DNA of 64,000 bases from Nitrospirota bacterium (GTDB lineage Bacteria > Patescibacteriota > Gracilibacteria > UBA1369 > LOWO2-01-FULL-3): the NCBI GenBank assembly GCA_043816165.1, contig JBDRIE010000033.1, positions 7,064 through 71,063 of the forward strand. Reading direction: 5' to 3'. Both the position numbers and the translations under genes were made by a program. The notes below the pieces were generated by a model that saw nothing but the letters and a program-made list of their open reading frames with translations, was not told the origin of the DNA and made no database searches. Shown here one piece after another: positions 31,670 to 40,322 of this stretch (position 1 is its first letter; every line of letters begins with the position of its first letter).

Positions 31670-33669
31670 AGGTCTACCTCAAGAACTGATGTCGGCGTCA
31701 AAACATAAAGCTTTTTTGAGTCCGCATCAACATATATGTCTCGAAGTTCACCAACACTATCAAGCAAGTACTGAGATGTATAATTCAAATTTCCGGTTTG
31801 CGCATCCTTCTCAAACACAAGCACTCTGCCATCTTGAGAGTCTAAAATATAAACATCATCAAGCTTCTCATTTGTATAAATCACAGAAGGATTTTTGAAC
31901 GCATTATAAGGAGCATTATTTATATAAAATTCTGCTTTCGCTCCTGCATAGAACTTATAAACATCACCATTATTGTTTAAAACATATACACTTCCATCTA
32001 TCGTAAGATCCTGAGCCCCTGAAACATCTACATCATCATCCACAAAATATTCCTCAGCCGAACCAAATTTATCTCGAGTACCTTTATAAGTATATTTCCA
32101 AATTTCACTATCCGTTGAATCCAGTAAATAAATTTTATTGCTCCAATCCTGAATAGCTACCGCCTTGTGGAATGCACCGTCATCAGTATCCATAAATGAC
32201 ATTGTTCCATCCTTGTATTCAATCAAATTTCCGGATTTTGTTAAGAAAACCACAGAGCCTCTATCATCAAACCCTGTCGCATCAATTACAACTTCCTCAT
32301 CATCAATAGTCAAAGGATCCTGGATTTGATCAAGAACTACTTCATAAAGCGCATTATATTCAAAAACAAACACTCTATCCCCCACTTCCGCAAATCCTAG
32401 AGCGTTTACATCAGATCTTTTCGTAGTCAAATCCGCCAAAACTTTTGGTGTCTCCAATCTAATCACATTATCAAGTCCGTCTCGGAGCTCATCAATCTGA
32501 TTTAATTTCAAAATCGCTTTATCTCTATAATATCCGGAATTCAAAACAGAAATAGCATCATCATAAGCCGCATCCAAAAGCTCTTTTGCTTTTTCTTTAT
32601 CGTATTCTCCCTTAGTTTCAGCTTCAACCAACTTATCTTGAACACTATTCAACACTCCATCCAATTGCTTGATTTCTTCTCTGGCCGCTAGATTACTCTT
32701 CGCAACCCAAATTCCAATAGTCAAAACCCCAATTACAACTATAAGAAGAACAAAAATCTTATTTTTTCCAAATCCTCCCGAGAATAAACTTCCAAAGAAA
32801 TTTGAAACTCCACCCTTTATCCCGGACCAAACTCTATTCTCTCTCGGATAAACTTCCGCTCTCTTACCTCTTCTATTTTTCAATGCAGTTAAAAATTTTC
32901 CGGTTAAACTCTCTTTTTCTGCTGAAATTCCACCATCAGTCGACTTCAAGACCCCTTGTGTCTCAGTTTCAGGACTTTTTTCTGCAATACCTGCAACTTC
33001 TTCAGCATCAGTCGCCTCATCAAACATTATTCCAATAAGACCAATTCGCCCCAACATTTCAGTAGAAATAACATCCTTAATATCGTTCAAAGTTTCCTCA
33101 ACACTTGTACGCACAATACTCTTAGCTAAATCCGTTTTACTTATATATCGAAGCAGTCTAATTGAAGAGAAAAGAACAAAATCCCCTCCTTCCACTTCAC
33201 CGGTAGCAATATTTGTAAATAAATCACCATCAACATTTTCTTCACTCAATCCCTCGCTCACGATACTTACATACCTTTTTCGTACCAAATATGCCTCAGC
33301 ATCACCACTCTGAGACAATAAAAGCGTCCCATCAACAACCGCCGCAATCACAACATTCAAATTTCCAATATATCCTGAAGTTTTTTGAGCCCTAAATTCA
33401 CCAAGGACCCCGTTCACAGCCTTTAAAGCAACCTCAAAACGCTCATAAGGATCCGCCGCAACGTCCTCATAAAACACTTTCTGCATCGTTTCAAAAATCG
33501 CTGCACCAATCTCCTCCGCATCAACAGGATTGTTTTGAATCTCTAAATTAACGAAAATTTGCCCACTCTTGTCACCATACTCCTGGAAAAGATCATAATA
33601 ATAGTTCTCTAGAAAGCTATTATCGTCACTCCCCGCGAACAAAAATTCATAACTTGCCTTCAACGCCAT
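31666..33669 (-). CDS. Membrane protein with PP2C-like N-domain, TM, coiled coil and beta-propeller
   Basis: QSGDAEAYLVR and GDFVLFSS resemble PP2C strands; one TM; NHL-like blades (DGSVYVL, VYILDSQDGRVLVF). Confidence 0.6.
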   Translation of the reverse strand: MALKASYEFLFAGSDDNSFLENYYYDLFQEYGDKSGQIFVNLEIQNNPVDAEEIGAAIFETMQKVFYEDVAADPYERFEVALKAVNGVLGEFRAQKTSGYIGNLNVVIAAVVDGTLLLSQSGDAEAYLVRKRYVSIVSEGLSEENVDGDLFTNIATGEVEGGDFVLFSSIRLLRYISKTDLAKSIVRTSVEETLNDIKDVISTEMLGRIGLIGIMFDEATDAEEVAGIAEKSPETETQGVLKSTDGGISAEKESLTGKFLTALKNRRGKRAEVYPRENRVWSGIKGGVSNFFGSLFSGGFGKNKIFVLLIVVIGVLTIGIWVAKSNLAAREEIKQLDGVLNSVQDKLVEAETKGEYDKEKAKELLDAAYDDAISVLNSGYYRDKAILKLNQIDELRDGLDNVIRLETPKVLADLTTKRSDVNALGFAEVGDRVFVFEYNALYEVVLDQIQDPLTIDDEEVVIDATGFDDRGSVVFLTKSGNLIEYKDGTMSFMDTDDGAFHKAVAIQDWSNKIYLLDSTDSEIWKYTYKGTRDKFGSAEEYFVDDDVDVSGAQDLTIDGSVYVLNNNGDVYKFYAGAKAEFYINNAPYNAFKNPSVIYTNEKLDDVYILDSQDGRVLVFEKDAQTGNLNYTSQYLLDSVGELRDIYVDADSKKLYVLTPTSVLEVDL

Positions 33670-33686
33670 ATATTTTTTGATTTAAC

Positions 33687-33850
33687 TGAGGTTCCTGCAA
33701 AAGTCAGTAGCGTTACGAAATATGAAAAACTTGTGCGAAAATTGTAAAAAGCGAAAAAGGCGTATCAGCATAGATACGTTGATGAGCTTTAAACAATTTG
33801 CAGCCAAGTTTTTCATATTGCAGTAGTTAGTGACTTTTGCAGGAACCTCA
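33687..33850. mobile_element. 164-bp MITE/RPE-like palindromic element
   Basis: Perfect 20-bp terminal inverted repeats TGAGGTTCCTGCAAAAGTCA (33687-33706 and 33831-33850), imperfect internal arms and a central CGTATC...GATACG hairpin. Confidence 0.8.
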
Positions 33851-33935
33851 TTTAGTGAAAATAATACTAAAGTAAGCATTGACTTGCAAGCGAACTTACC
33901 TATAGAATCCCCCTGCAAAAAATAATTGAAGAAAA

Positions 33936-34067
33936 ATGCTAGGGAAACTCAAAAAACGGAAAAGGCTAAAAAAACATGGTTTTCGAAAAACCAGCGATTC
34001 CGTGCTAAAAAGCAGAAGAGCAAAAGGAAGAAAGAGCTTAGCTCCTACAGTACATTCAAAATCTTAA
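33936..34067 (+). CDS. rpmH: 50S ribosomal protein L34 (absent from the ORF track)
   Basis: MLGKLKKRKRLKKHGFRKTSDSVLKSRRAKGRKSLAPTVHSKS carries HGFR and RRxKGR and lies directly before rnpA. Confidence 0.9.
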   Translation: MLGKLKKRKRLKKHGFRKTSDSVLKSRRAKGRKSLAPTVHSKS

Positions 34068-34406
34068 ATGTTAGAGAAAAAATATAGAATAGAACGTAAT
34101 CAGACTCAGTACATCCTTAAAAAAGGAGAAGATAGCATTTCAAAACTCTTTATAATTAGATATATTAAGAATAATAAAGGATTTAATAGATATTGCAGCG
34201 TAGTAAGCAAAAAAATATTTACAAAAGCAGTTGACAGAAATAAATTAAGAAGACAAATCTACCACGCGATCCAACTGACATCAAAAGAAATCTCGTCACC
34301 AAAAGAATCACTCGACATAGTACTCATTCCCAAAAAAAGAATAACAACGGCCAAATTCGAAGAAATAGAGCAAGATATCAGAGAACTCATCACTAAACAT
34401 GGATAA
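34068..34406 (+). CDS. rnpA: RNase P protein
   Basis: VVSKKIFTKAVDRNKLRR (RNR motif); synteny with rpmH and yidC. Confidence 0.93.
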   Translation: MLEKKYRIERNQTQYILKKGEDSISKLFIIRYIKNNKGFNRYCSVVSKKIFTKAVDRNKLRRQIYHAIQLTSKEISSPKESLDIVLIPKKRITTAKFEEIEQDIRELITKHG

Positions 34407-35634
34407 GAATAAAATTCTAAAAAACGTTGTAATCTTCCTGGTTGTCTTTCTCGCAATCAACTATTTACTTAATAGTTGCCAAAATAAAGAGGAAGAATTA
34501 CTTCTAAACAGTGGGAACATCATATTTACCACTACAGACACAGAATATTCACGAACTCAAAAAGTCACAGTAAAAATAAGTAACGACACCGATCAGGAAA
34601 TAGTAATCCCAAACGAATGTCCTAATGAACCTTTTAATGTATACAAAAAAGAAAACAATGAATGGACTCAAAAAACCTCAGAACCGGAACTAAACTGTGA
34701 AAACGCTGCAGATATTATTGTAAAGCCTTCAGAAGAAGTAAAAATAGTTTATGAAAACTGGAATCACTCATTATTCTCAGAAATGGGTCTTTTCCAAATA
34801 GAATTTGAGACAGAAATTAAAGGAGAATTGCAAACTCTCACTACAAATGAATTCCTAGTAGTAAAAGAAGGAATAATCAAACAAATCTGGTATGGGATTT
34901 TCTATAGACCTATATATAACGCACTGATTTTCCTTACATCAGTAATGCCACAACACGACCTCGGACTGGCAATTATCCTGCTTACATTAATAATCAGAAC
35001 AATCCTTCTTGTTCCATCTCAAAGAGCAATGAAATCTCAGAAGAAAATGCAAGAAATTCAGCCACGACTCGAAGAAATTAAGAAAAAATATAAAGGGGAC
35101 CAACAAAAAATCGCCACGGAAACAATGGCAATCTGGAAAGACGCAAAAGTTAATCCAATGGGATCTTGTCTACCTATTCTCTTACAATTCCCATTCCTAA
35201 TCGCACTATTCTACGTAGTAAAAGGAGGTCTAAACCCGGACAACGCATACCTCCTCTATTCAGAATATTCATCATTCACACTACACGATATAAGCGTAAA
35301 CTTCTTTGGAATTCTGGACCTGACAAAAGCCAATATCTACGTACTTCCAGTAATAGTGGGAGGACTCCAATTTACACAAATGAAACTGACAATGGCAAAG
35401 AAGAAAAAGAAAAAAGATGGAGAGAAAAAATCAGAAATGGCTATGGCAACAGGCACAATGACATATATAATGCCAATAATGATCGCGGTTTTCACAGCAT
35501 CATTACCTGCCGGTGTGGGTATATACTGGGGAACATCAACCGCATACGGAATTGCGCAACAATTAGTTGTAAATAAGAGTAAATCAACAACAACAGAAAC
35601 AAAGGTAAGAGTTATCAAACCAAAAAACGACTAA
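34399..35634 (+). CDS. yidC: Membrane insertase YidC
   Basis: GLAIILLTLIIR, NPMGSCLPILLQFP, PAGVGIYW. Confidence 0.95.
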   Translation: MDKNKILKNVVIFLVVFLAINYLLNSCQNKEEELLLNSGNIIFTTTDTEYSRTQKVTVKISNDTDQEIVIPNECPNEPFNVYKKENNEWTQKTSEPELNCENAADIIVKPSEEVKIVYENWNHSLFSEMGLFQIEFETEIKGELQTLTTNEFLVVKEGIIKQIWYGIFYRPIYNALIFLTSVMPQHDLGLAIILLTLIIRTILLVPSQRAMKSQKKMQEIQPRLEEIKKKYKGDQQKIATETMAIWKDAKVNPMGSCLPILLQFPFLIALFYVVKGGLNPDNAYLLYSEYSSFTLHDISVNFFGILDLTKANIYVLPVIVGGLQFTQMKLTMAKKKKKKDGEKKSEMAMATGTMTYIMPIMIAVFTASLPAGVGIYWGTSTAYGIAQQLVVNKSKSTTTETKVRVIKPKND

Positions 35635-35653
35635 TTTCTTTAATCATATAAAA

Positions 35654-36118
35654 ATGGACATTGAAGACATTTTAAAAGAAACTCTCGAAGAATTATTGAA
35701 CAAACTGGAAGTAGAGTATTCAAAAATAGACATAACTGAGGAAGACAAAGGATCTTTCGAAATCAATATTCACAGCGAAAATCCAAGTCTACTCATTGGG
35801 CATCATGGCGACAACATCCAAGCATTACAACATATTTTGAAAACTTTGATTTGGAGAAAAGCTCAAAACGAACAGTTCAATATCATGGTAGATGTGGATG
35901 ATTACAGAAAACGACAAGAAGAAAATGTGCTAAATCTAGCAGAAAGAAAAATTGAATACGTAAGAAAAACCGGAAGATCACAAACACTACCACCTATGTC
36001 TCCTTACTTACGAAGAAAAATACACATGCTCTGTATGAGCCCCGGATACGACGATGTCGAAACGATAAGTGAAGGCGAAGCAGATCAAAGATACATTATT
36101 ATCAAATTAAAATCCTAA
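35654..36118 (+). CDS. jag: Jag/EloR RNA-binding protein (KH plus R3H)
   Basis: LLIGHHGDNIQALQ and PMSPYLRRKIH. Confidence 0.9.
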   Translation: MDIEDILKETLEELLNKLEVEYSKIDITEEDKGSFEINIHSENPSLLIGHHGDNIQALQHILKTLIWRKAQNEQFNIMVDVDDYRKRQEENVLNLAERKIEYVRKTGRSQTLPPMSPYLRRKIHMLCMSPGYDDVETISEGEADQRYIIIKLKS

Positions 36119-36119
36119 C

Positions 36120-37052
36120 ATGAGTAACATGACAACACTAACTCGTTTGTTACTCGTTCCTACTCTCATAATGTCTTTCGCACTATCAATACCTTCCGCC
36201 AATGCTTTTTCCGATGTCGAAGAAGGAAGCCCATACTTCGTTTCAATTTCATATTTGGAAAAATTTGGAATTGTAGATGGTTACAGTGATGGAACATTCA
36301 AACCATACGATGATGTCAATAGAGCAGAAGCATTGAAAATGCTCACAATTGCCAGCGGCCTCTTCAAAGGAAGTGAAATAGACGCATTAGAATCAGATGA
36401 AGCAAGACCTTTCACAGATACACCTTTATCAGCATGGTACACAAACTACATTTCAGCGGCAAAAGATGAAGGAATAATAAACGGATACCCTGATGGCAGT
36501 TTCAAACCGGAACAAGCAGTAACTCTCGCAGAATCATTAAAGATACTTTTCGAATCTTTAGGAGATATAGAGTACCCAAATGTCGCGGATTATCTATACA
36601 ACGATACTACAGAAAACGATTGGTTCATCTCCTACACCGCCTACGCCGCCTCAAAAGGAATAGTCAACGTTTACTCCACGGATACAATCAGTCCAAACCA
36701 AGACATGAGCCGTGGATACCTCGCAGAAGTCATTTACAGAACTCTCACTTCAGACCAATACAGCTTTGGTAAAGCGACATACTATGGATCTGCAGTCCAA
36801 GGAAACTTTACCGCCTCCGGAGAAATTTTCGACATGTATGAAATGACCGCCGCCCACAAAACTCTTCCATTTGGTACAATGGTAAAAGTTACAAACCTGG
36901 CAAATGCAAAATCCATAGAAGTAAAAATCAACGATAGAGGCCCCTATGGTCCGGGAAGAGTCATAGACTTATCAGAAATGGCATTTGCTGAAATTGCGTC
37001 ACATAGCACCGGAGTAATAAACGCTCAACTTGAAATAATTTCAAGCCCATGA
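36120..37052 (+). CDS. SLH-domain protein with C-terminal RlpA-like (DPBB) lytic transglycosylase
   Basis: SLH repeats (GYSDGTFKP..VNRAE); ATYYG..TASGE..AAHKTLPFGT..INDRGP..IDLS. Confidence 0.9.
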   Translation: MSNMTTLTRLLLVPTLIMSFALSIPSANAFSDVEEGSPYFVSISYLEKFGIVDGYSDGTFKPYDDVNRAEALKMLTIASGLFKGSEIDALESDEARPFTDTPLSAWYTNYISAAKDEGIINGYPDGSFKPEQAVTLAESLKILFESLGDIEYPNVADYLYNDTTENDWFISYTAYAASKGIVNVYSTDTISPNQDMSRGYLAEVIYRTLTSDQYSFGKATYYGSAVQGNFTASGEIFDMYEMTAAHKTLPFGTMVKVTNLANAKSIEVKINDRGPYGPGRVIDLSEMAFAEIASHSTGVINAQLEIISSP

Positions 37053-37062
37053 ATTAAACCCC

Positions 37063-37413
37063 ATGAACCCTCCCTCATTAAAAAATCACCGAAGAACACC
37101 AAAACTTCCAAAAGGAGCTCTTCACGCAGAAGCAAAAAAAACAGTAAAAGCGCTCATAGTAACGCTTAGCTTGATGATTGTTGCTCTAAGTATAGGGTTC
37201 TTCATCACAACAAATGACAGCACACAAAAGGGATACACACTACAACAACAAAAACTCAAAAACGAGCATCTAAAAAGCGAAAACACGTCATTAATTACCA
37301 AAATCACACAAGCAACCGCATTCTCGAAAATAGAGTCCAGTGACAAAGTCGACGAGATGGAAGAAGAAACTGAAAAAAATTACGTGACAAGCGAAGATAA
37401 TTCAGTATACTAG
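37063..37413 (+). CDS. FtsL-like TM/coiled-coil protein
   Basis: Basic N-terminus, TM, KGY followed by coiled coil; same layout as 60130-60483. Confidence 0.55.
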   Translation: MNPPSLKNHRRTPKLPKGALHAEAKKTVKALIVTLSLMIVALSIGFFITTNDSTQKGYTLQQQKLKNEHLKSENTSLITKITQATAFSKIESSDKVDEMEEETEKNYVTSEDNSVY

Positions 37414-37424
37414 GCGCAAGCGAA

Positions 37425-37468
37425 TCCCGCCCTACGGCGGGACCAGCGCAGTCTCGCCAAGGCGGGAC
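37425..37468. repeat. Two CCCGCC-N-GGCGGG-type palindromes upstream of the tRNA
   Basis: TCCCGCC-CTAC-GGCGGGA and GTCTCGCC-AA-GGCGGGAC. Confidence 0.8.
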
Positions 37469-37481
37469 ATTTTGACATCCA

Positions 37482-37556
37482 GGGGCCATCGTCTAGTGGT
37501 TAGGACACTAGGTTTTCATCCTAGCAACAGGGGTTCGATTCCCCTTGGCCCTACCA
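37482..37556 (+). tRNA. tRNA-Glu(TTC)
   Basis: Cloverleaf with GGGGCCA/TGGCCCT acceptor stem, CTAGG-TTTTCAT-CCTAG anticodon arm, GGTTCGATTCC and encoded CCA. Confidence 0.97.
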
Positions 37557-37560
37557 TTGA

Positions 37561-37594
37561 AAAAACAACTCTGCCGAAGGTAGAGGTGGTTTTT
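37561..37594. terminator. Probable bidirectional intrinsic terminator
   Basis: AAAAACAACTCTGCC-GAA-GGTAGAGGTGGTTTTT between the convergent tRNA and ORF. Confidence 0.7.
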
Positions 37595-37605
37595 CACCCA
37601 CATTC

Positions 37606-37854
37606 TTAAATTAATATGTCACTATCAATCAATAATTGTCGTAGCCGCTCTCTGACTTCTTTTATTCCCACTTCCATTTGGTCATAAGATATAACTCCTT
37701 CACGATGGAATTTTCTTAATCCTTCAATCTTTTCTTGTGCTTTTAATCTCTCATGCTCCAAAGCGTCTTCAGTTGACTGAGTTATTACACCTGTTTCAGC
37801 TTCTTGTAACATTACAGGAACTGCCTTAGTTTTCCATTCCGGTTCTTTGCCCAT
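37606..37854 (-). CDS. Hypothetical protein (SHOCT-like C-terminus)
   Basis: 82-aa ORF with LRKFHREGVISYDQME; own TTGACA-N16-TACTAT upstream. Confidence 0.6.
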   Translation of the reverse strand: MGKEPEWKTKAVPVMLQEAETGVITQSTEDALEHERLKAQEKIEGLRKFHREGVISYDQMEVGIKEVRERLRQLLIDSDILI

Positions 37855-37945
37855 ATTTTTAAGTTATTAAATTATTTTTCCTTTAATAAAGGTAATAATA
37901 GTACATGTTCTACCATTGTTGTCAACTCACACAGAATATGCCCCC

Positions 37946-38860
37946 CTACCCCCTCAACTCCCTCCTATTGAAATACTGCACCTCATTGTTCGCGCCAAAC
38001 AACATATCCTTGTCAATTTCCCCAACACTCAAACAATACCTGAAAGCATCAAATGATTCAGCCAACTCCTCACGAGAAGCCTCCCTTTTATCAATCAAAT
38101 TCAAATATTCCTCCGGCAATCTCCTGTCCATTATTCTACTTTCAAAAATTATCTTCTCCGCCTCAGCCCCTCCGGAAAGAACATTCATCGCGACAAGAGA
38201 CCTGCTTAAAGAATCAAAATAAAGAGTTCCATTTGCTCTGATCCAAAGAAACGGATAAAGAGGCGCCAAATCCGGGAAATAAACATTCGGATAAGCTTTC
38301 ACAACCCAATATGGCTCAACAACATCAAGATATTGCTCATAGCTCTCTATATCTTCAAATCCAAAATCATCCAACATCCCGTGGGTCACCTTCTTCTCAC
38401 CAAAACTCGCCGTATCACTCGCGGGATCAAATATATATCCACCGGTCTGAATAACATTCTGAAAAACTCTTCGACCCCTGCTTTGCTTTATTCCCCAAAC
38501 CGGTTTCAAAACCCCACCCTCCTTCTCAAATTCATTAAGAATAGTCATACAAGGCGCCTCCGATTGCCCGATAGCGCTCCCTAGAACTTTAAGAACCTGA
38601 TCCCTGATCAAATGACAACAACCGACGGGATATCGTCTCAAATCAAAAACGCCGGGGATAGATTCACCTTCCCCGCCAAATTCAGCGTCGTTCCTTAACT
38701 TCGCCTCAACCCTCTTATCAACAAGGTCCCTTATCTCAACCAACTGTTTCTCTATCACATCGATATTCGGAACAATCAGCTCAGAGGTTAATCGCTCCTG
38801 CTTTTCATCAACTTCAGCCGTATGTCTTTCATCAACCCAATTCTGCAGTCCGGCTAACAT
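37946..38860 (-). CDS. Hypothetical protein
   Basis: Long ORF with strand-typical codon usage; ATG 38860 follows a consensus promoter. Confidence 0.75.
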   Translation of the reverse strand: MLAGLQNWVDERHTAEVDEKQERLTSELIVPNIDVIEKQLVEIRDLVDKRVEAKLRNDAEFGGEGESIPGVFDLRRYPVGCCHLIRDQVLKVLGSAIGQSEAPCMTILNEFEKEGGVLKPVWGIKQSRGRRVFQNVIQTGGYIFDPASDTASFGEKKVTHGMLDDFGFEDIESYEQYLDVVEPYWVVKAYPNVYFPDLAPLYPFLWIRANGTLYFDSLSRSLVAMNVLSGGAEAEKIIFESRIMDRRLPEEYLNLIDKREASREELAESFDAFRYCLSVGEIDKDMLFGANNEVQYFNRRELRG

Positions 38861-38884
38861 AATTATTTTGTTAATTAGTGCTCG

Positions 38885-38963
38885 ATTATACAAGAAAGGC
38901 TCGCAATGTCAAGCATTCCACGCCTTTTCCTCAATTGACTCGCCCAAAATTCCCGCCTATCAT
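38885..38963. promoter_or_regulatory. Divergent sigma70 promoters
   Basis: Minus strand TTGACA-N16-TATAAT (38912-38885); plus strand TTGACT-N17-TATCAT (38935-38963). Confidence 0.75.
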
Positions 38964-38972
38964 ACGCACGCA

Positions 38973-40106
38973 ATGAAAACACACCAAATATACCTCGACA
39001 ACGCGGCCGCCACCCCTATGGACCCAAAAGTACTGGAAGCCATGCTCCCATATTTCACAGAAAAATACGGAAATCCGGAAGCATTACACACAAAAGGTAA
39101 AGAATCATTAATTGCGATCGACAATGCACGCGAAACCGTGTCCAAAATTCTCAACTGCCGAGCAAGAGAAATAATTTTTTGTGGAACAGCCACGGAAGCA
39201 AACAACCTCGCAATTTTTGGCACAGCAAGAGCAAACAAAGAAAAAGGCAATCATCTAATTACAACAAAAATCGAACACTCTTCCGTCCGAAGACCATTTG
39301 AACAACTCGAAAAAGAAGGATTCGATGTCACATACTTGGACGTAGACAAAGAAGGATTCGTAAATCCCGACGACATCAAAAAAGCATTAACCCCAAAAAC
39401 AACTTTAGTTTCGGTAATGTATGCAAACAACGAAATAGGAACAATTGAACCAATAAAAGAAATCGGAGAAATCCTCTGTGACCACAAAGCCTACTTCCAC
39501 ACCGACGCCTGCCAAATCCCCGGAGCCGAGACGCTGGACACTTCCATCCTAAAAGTCGACATGATGACCTTAAACGGCTCAAAAATTTACGGACCAAAAG
39601 GAATCGGCGTCCTCTACGTGAACAAAGAAACCAAAATTGAACCAATAATCTTCGGTAGCACTCACGAATATTCACTCAGAGCCGGCACCCACAACACTCC
39701 CCTCATCGTCGGTTTCGCTTGTGCCCTCGAATTAACAACAAACACCACCAACAAAAAAATAACAAAACTCCGCGACAAATTAATCTCATCACTTCTCGAA
39801 AAAATCCCACAATCACATCTCAACGGACCAACCGATCGCAGACTCCCAAACAACATAAATATCACCATTCCGGGCATACACGCCCAAGAAATATTACTTC
39901 ACTTGGACGAAGCGGGCATTTACGTCAGCACAGGTGCCGCATGCAACATGGGAAACGAAAAACCGTCCAAAACACTCGAAGCAATCGGCCTCCCCAAAAA
40001 AGAAATTCTCAGTTCCCTCCGCATCACATTAGGCAAAAACACAACTGAAGGAGACATCAATTACGTTATCAAAACACTTCCGGAAATATATTTTAGGACT
40101 ATTTAG
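38973..40106 (+). CDS. iscS: Cysteine desulfurase (IscS/NifS)
   Basis: YLDNAAATP, HTDACQ, SKIYGPKG, STGAAC. Start at ATG 38973. Confidence 0.93.
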   Translation: MKTHQIYLDNAAATPMDPKVLEAMLPYFTEKYGNPEALHTKGKESLIAIDNARETVSKILNCRAREIIFCGTATEANNLAIFGTARANKEKGNHLITTKIEHSSVRRPFEQLEKEGFDVTYLDVDKEGFVNPDDIKKALTPKTTLVSVMYANNEIGTIEPIKEIGEILCDHKAYFHTDACQIPGAETLDTSILKVDMMTLNGSKIYGPKGIGVLYVNKETKIEPIIFGSTHEYSLRAGTHNTPLIVGFACALELTTNTTNKKITKLRDKLISSLLEKIPQSHLNGPTDRRLPNNINITIPGIHAQEILLHLDEAGIYVSTGAACNMGNEKPSKTLEAIGLPKKEILSSLRITLGKNTTEGDINYVIKTLPEIYFRTI

Positions 40107-40195
40107 TGACGACGAACTAAAACCTCAGACACCGTCAACTGGTTTTCAAACTTTCCTCTTTTCAACCAAAATACTCTCTGATAATATCTTAAGCC

Positions 40196-40244
40196 CCACT
40201 AGATATTGGGGGTTACAAAGAAAAGCACCTACTAGATATAGAGC
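40196..40244 (+). promoter_or_regulatory. Tandem NrdR boxes
   Basis: CCACTAGATATTGGGG (40196) and CTACTAGATATAGAGC (40229) fit acaCwAtATaTwGtgt, 33 bp apart, upstream of the RNR gene. Confidence 0.8.
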
Positions 40245-40322
40245 AGACCCCTCATTCCTGCGAAAAATGTCATCTAAGTAGATTTTTTCCTCTCTTTCTA
40301 TTTCCCTAACTGAATTTCAATT

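Noticed and set aside
33682-33918. 78-aa minus-strand ORF
   Set aside because: It spans the palindromic element and the rpmH promoter region and does not look protein-like.
33670-33935. oriC upstream of rpmH
   Set aside because: No dnaA, no DnaA-box cluster and no skew inversion; the space is occupied by a MITE-like palindrome.
37540-38900. Integrated element or prophage at tRNA-Glu
   Set aside because: No integrase and no convincing duplication of the tRNA 3' end (only CCCTACC near 37944).
40107-40322. Cobalamin riboswitch upstream of nrdJ
   Set aside because: No B12-box or core motifs seen; NrdR boxes explain the conserved-looking sequence.
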